DNA of 64,000 nt from Hyphomicrobiales bacterium. Lineage in GTDB: Bacteria > Pseudomonadota > Alphaproteobacteria > Rhizobiales > JACESI01. Each line of letters starts with the position of its first letter. The stretch's first letter is position 1. The position numbers and the translations under genes are program-made. The notes under the pieces are model-generated. The model was not told where the DNA came from. It worked only from the letters and a program-made list of their open reading frames with translations, and did not search any database. Positions 61,294 to 64,000 of this stretch are shown in pieces. The stretch spans positions 207,749 through 271,748 of the forward strand of contig JBDWKL010000043.1 of NCBI GenBank assembly GCA_039973685.1. The letters are read 5' to 3'.

Positions 61294-61350
61294 AGCAAGA
61301 ACGATCACTATATCAAAGAACTCATTGTGTCAGATCACTCAAAACCCTTA

Positions 61351-61779
61351 ATGACGATTGCGCTTGATGAAGCAAAAGCCGCCGCCCAGCGTGGTGAAGT
61401 GCCTGTTGGCGCTGTCATTGTGCGTGATGGCGAGATAATTGCGCGGGCAGGCAACCGGATTTTAGAGGACAAAGACCCAACGGCGCACGCCGAAATTGTT
61501 GCCATGCGCTTAGCGGCCCGCGAACTTGGCCGCGAACGGCTTTTTGATTGCGATCTTTATGTAACGCTAGAGCCCTGCACCATGTGCGCTGGCGCCATAT
61601 CGCTTGCCCGCATCCGAAGGCTTTATTTTGGTGCTAGCGATGAGAAAGGCGGAGCGGTAGAAAATGGCGCGCGCTTTTTCACATTGCCAACATGCCACCA
61701 CGCGCCTGAGGTTTATTCTGGGTTTCAAGAAACAGAGAGTGCTGAGCTTTTAAAGAAGTTCTTCGCAGAGCGCCGATAA
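61351..61779 (+). CDS. tadA: tRNA adenosine(34) deaminase
   Basis: It has the CDA zinc motifs HAE and PCTMCAGA. I prefer the start at MTIALDEAK (61351). Confidence 0.92.
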   Translation: MTIALDEAKAAAQRGEVPVGAVIVRDGEIIARAGNRILEDKDPTAHAEIVAMRLAARELGRERLFDCDLYVTLEPCTMCAGAISLARIRRLYFGASDEKGGAVENGARFFTLPTCHHAPEVYSGFQETESAELLKKFFAERR

Positions 61780-61783
61780 AAAA

Positions 61784-61806
61784 AGCGCCCTTAAAGGACG
61801 CTTTTT
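61784..61806. terminator. Bidirectional terminator between tadA and the lipoprotein gene
   Basis: AGCGCCC-TTAAA-GGACGCT forms a stem with one mismatch. It is flanked by an A-run and a T-run. Confidence 0.6.
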
Positions 61807-61826
61807 AATATCAAATTTCATTTGGC

Positions 61827-62699
61827 TTAAAAGAAAACGAACCGTTTCTTTTTCTTCTGTGGTTTTCCTGCTTCAAATGGCTCCACTGAATAAGTACCGT
61901 CTGGGTCCGATGACCGGTTCACCTGCGAGGCTGTTGTTAGGTGCTCTTGCGGAGAAGGGATTTGGCCATTCTGCACGACAGCGCCTTGACTAGCTGGTGG
62001 AGTAATTGGGACTTGCTTGACTGTTCGGTATTCCACGGGAATATCCGTCAAAGATTGGGTGCGACGTCTTGTCTTTGGTTGCACAAGACCAGCACGAGCA
62101 AGGAGGCTTTTCTTTTCAGAACTGCCGCCACCTTGAAGCGATTTTGGAAGTTCGTCCACGGTTATACCCCGTTCACGGGCATGATCTTCCGGTGTTTTAA
62201 GCAAATCACGCGCCTCTAGAGGTGCAGCGGAACCAATGGCAGCATTGATTTGAGGGTCAAGATCGGCACCGTCTCTCTCTGCCTGGTGTTTCTTTGTCTT
62301 ATTATTCAACAAACCAGTGGTCAGCGGTTGGGCGCGCGCAACACCAATTCCTTGGTTCTCGACTTTAAGAGCCTCTTTCTTTTCTTTGGCTGCTTTAATT
62401 CTTTCAATTTCTTCGGCTCGGCCTGGGAAATTTTCACTTACGCCCGAAACTTTATCCACAGGTGCTGGGATAGAGGCAAATTGCTGATCATTAGGAACGA
62501 TAAGGGCGCCACGTTCACGATATGTGATCCGCTCTGCTTTCTTTTTCCCTAAAGTGCCAAATGTTGCAATGCTTGCAAGGTCCCGCGCAAGGCCAGCCTC
62601 TACGGTCTGACCCGTTCCATAAGTGGCAGTTTGCAAACCACAGCCAGTTGCCATGAAAGCAACGACACTCAACGCAGCACCTGAACGGCAAAACTTCAT
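61827..62699 (-). CDS. Hypothetical lipoprotein, low-complexity and charged
   Basis: It has a signal peptide with a lipobox-like MATGC. The remainder is K/E/Q/P-rich with no recognisable domain, and the C-terminus is KKKKRFVFF. Confidence 0.6.
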   Translation of the reverse strand: MKFCRSGAALSVVAFMATGCGLQTATYGTGQTVEAGLARDLASIATFGTLGKKKAERITYRERGALIVPNDQQFASIPAPVDKVSGVSENFPGRAEEIERIKAAKEKKEALKVENQGIGVARAQPLTTGLLNNKTKKHQAERDGADLDPQINAAIGSAAPLEARDLLKTPEDHARERGITVDELPKSLQGGGSSEKKSLLARAGLVQPKTRRRTQSLTDIPVEYRTVKQVPITPPASQGAVVQNGQIPSPQEHLTTASQVNRSSDPDGTYSVEPFEAGKPQKKKKRFVFF

Positions 62700-62808
62700 G
62701 ATTTTCAACAAATCGGGATCCTCAGTAATCTCATTGCCCTAAACAGACCGTAAAAGTGGCAGGTTTGTGGCGAAAGCTTTCCTACAATATACCGCCTTTC
62801 CTCGATCT

Positions 62809-62866
62809 TTACAAATCACAGGAAAATACGATTTGTAATAGCGTTAACGTTACCGCCTCAAACGCT
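62809..62866. repeat. Two adjacent inverted repeats (9-bp TTACAAATC/GATTTGTAA and 6-bp AGCGTT/AACGCT) downstream of ileS
   Basis: Read directly from the sequence. There is no U-tract on the ileS strand. Confidence 0.6.
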
Positions 62867-62876
62867 TGTTCCTCGT

Positions 62877-64000
62877 TTAAACAGCTTTCAATTCACGCAT
62901 TGCCTGTGCATCACGAGGGGTTAAATCTGGATATTCAGCGTCCGACCCAACTTCACTTGAAACACGCCAAGAACGAGCGCATTTCTTGCCTTCGGCCATT
63001 TTTGGAACGACAGAAACTCCAGCGATATCATCAAGCTTAAAGGCTTGTTCAGGCCCCTCGCCGTCCAATACTTCGATGGCACTTGTGATGCACAAATCTT
63101 CAAAGTCCTCAATGCCTTGCAGTGCTGACTTGAGCACATCATCAGAAATAAAGACCTGAGGTGCAGCTTCCAGTGATGAACCGATACGCTTTTCTGCACG
63201 TTCAATTTCCAATGCGCCCGTCACGACACGGCGAAGCTTGCGGATGTTTTCCCAACGCGCTGCCAATTCACCATTGTTGTAGCTTGGTGAAACAGGTTCG
63301 AAATCAGTCAGGTGGATTGAGGCTATATCCTCACCATAACGATTTGCCCACGATTCATCCGTTGTAAACGGCAGCATTGGTGCAAGCCATGTGATGGTAC
63401 AGCGGAACATTTTTTCCACAACAGAAAGCGCTGCTTGTCTGCGTTTTGATGAAATTGGGTCGCAATAAAGCGCGTCCTTGCGGATGTCGAAATAGAACGA
63501 CGACATGTCCGCATTCATCAAGCTGAAAATCGCATTGAAGGCTTTTTTGAAATCAAACTCTTTATAAGCTTGGCGCACAGTTGCATCGGTCTCAGCAAGA
63601 CGGTGCATCATATATTGTTCAAGCTCTGGCAAATCGTCATAAGCCACTTCGCCACCATCATAATGGGCAAGTGTGCCAAGCATCCACCGGACTGTATTGC
63701 GAAGACGACGGTAAGCATCGACATTGGTCTTGATGATTTCCTGACCAATGCGCTGATCGTCCGTATAATCACACGTCATCACCCAAAGCCGCAGAATGTC
63801 CGCGCCATATTGTTTGATGATGTCATGGGGCGATGTTTGATTGCCGAGAGATTTCGACATTTTACGGCCCTGATCATCCATGGTGAAACCATGCGTGATC
63901 ACAGTGTCATAAGGGGCGCGACCTCTGGTACCGCAGCTTTCAAGCAGCGATGAATGGAACCAACCACGGTGTTGATCTGTTCCTTCTAGGTAGACGTCTG
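62877..64000 (-). CDS. ileS: Isoleucine--tRNA ligase, C-terminal part (5' end outside the window)
   Basis: The KMSKS motif is present. My manual upstream translation continues as DVYLEGTDQHRGWFHSSLLESCG with no stop to the window edge (in-frame to 63998). Confidence 0.95.
   Translation of the reverse strand, partial: DVYLEGTDQHRGWFHSSLLESCGTRGRAPYDTVITHGFTMDDQGRKMSKSLGNQTSPHDIIKQYGADILRLWVMTCDYTDDQRIGQEIIKTNVDAYRRLRNTVRWMLGTLAHYDGGEVAYDDLPELEQYMMHRLAETDATVRQAYKEFDFKKAFNAIFSLMNADMSSFYFDIRKDALYCDPISSKRRQAALSVVEKMFRCTITWLAPMLPFTTDESWANRYGEDIASIHLTDFEPVSPSYNNGELAARWENIRKLRRVVTGALEIERAEKRIGSSLEAAPQVFISDDVLKSALQGIEDFEDLCITSAIEVLDGEGPEQAFKLDDIAGVSVVPKMAEGKKCARSWRVSSEVGSDAEYPDLTPRDAQAMRELKAV

Overview
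This window reads as a gene-dense, housekeeping-rich stretch of an alphaproteobacterial chromosome. The gene families and synteny look Hyphomicrobiales/Rhizobiales-like (IalB, BA14K, DUF983-SURF1, DUF2093, DUF4170). I support about 62 protein genes, two of them cut by the window edges, with short or overlapping junctions. I found no rRNA, tRNA, CRISPR array, transposase, integrase or phage genes.

Landmarks, in order:
- PAS-GGDEF-EAL, ispH, thrB, rnhA.
- A complete aa3 cytochrome c oxidase cluster on the minus strand: ctaC, ctaD, ctaB, a small ORF, ctaG, ctaE, DUF983, SURF1.
- ialB, tldD, pdxH.
- A beta-oxidation-like trio: acyl-CoA dehydrogenase, enoyl-CoA hydratase, SDR.
- A YdjC/GT2/YfhO-like/GtrA envelope glycosylation module.
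- HDAC-like gene, xseB, dxs.
- tlyA plus two further methyltransferases.
- The fabI, phosphatase, aroC, ribB operon.
- ubiA, purD, mutL.
- The lipid A/Kdo operon (DUF374, waaA, lpxK).
- pmbA, a kefB-like gene, MATE, patatin, an M16 peptidase pair, rsmD, rluB, tadA, ileS.

I could not find a defence-island-like or otherwise clearly novel multi-gene system. The best candidate for under-described biology is the divergent YdjC deacetylase + GT2 - YfhO-type transferase - GtrA module at 23.1-27.9 kb. It looks like a polyprenol-phosphate aminosugar transfer system with an unknown acceptor. Secondary items are:
- an unannotated 44-aa membrane ORF in the cta cluster;
- a RibB fused to a cysteine-less (degenerate) GTP cyclohydrolase II-like domain;
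- several operator-like palindromes and hairpins in the few long intergenic regions;
- a few orphan or low-complexity proteins.

All calls come from reading the translated ORFs and the sequence by eye. No searches or folding programs were run.
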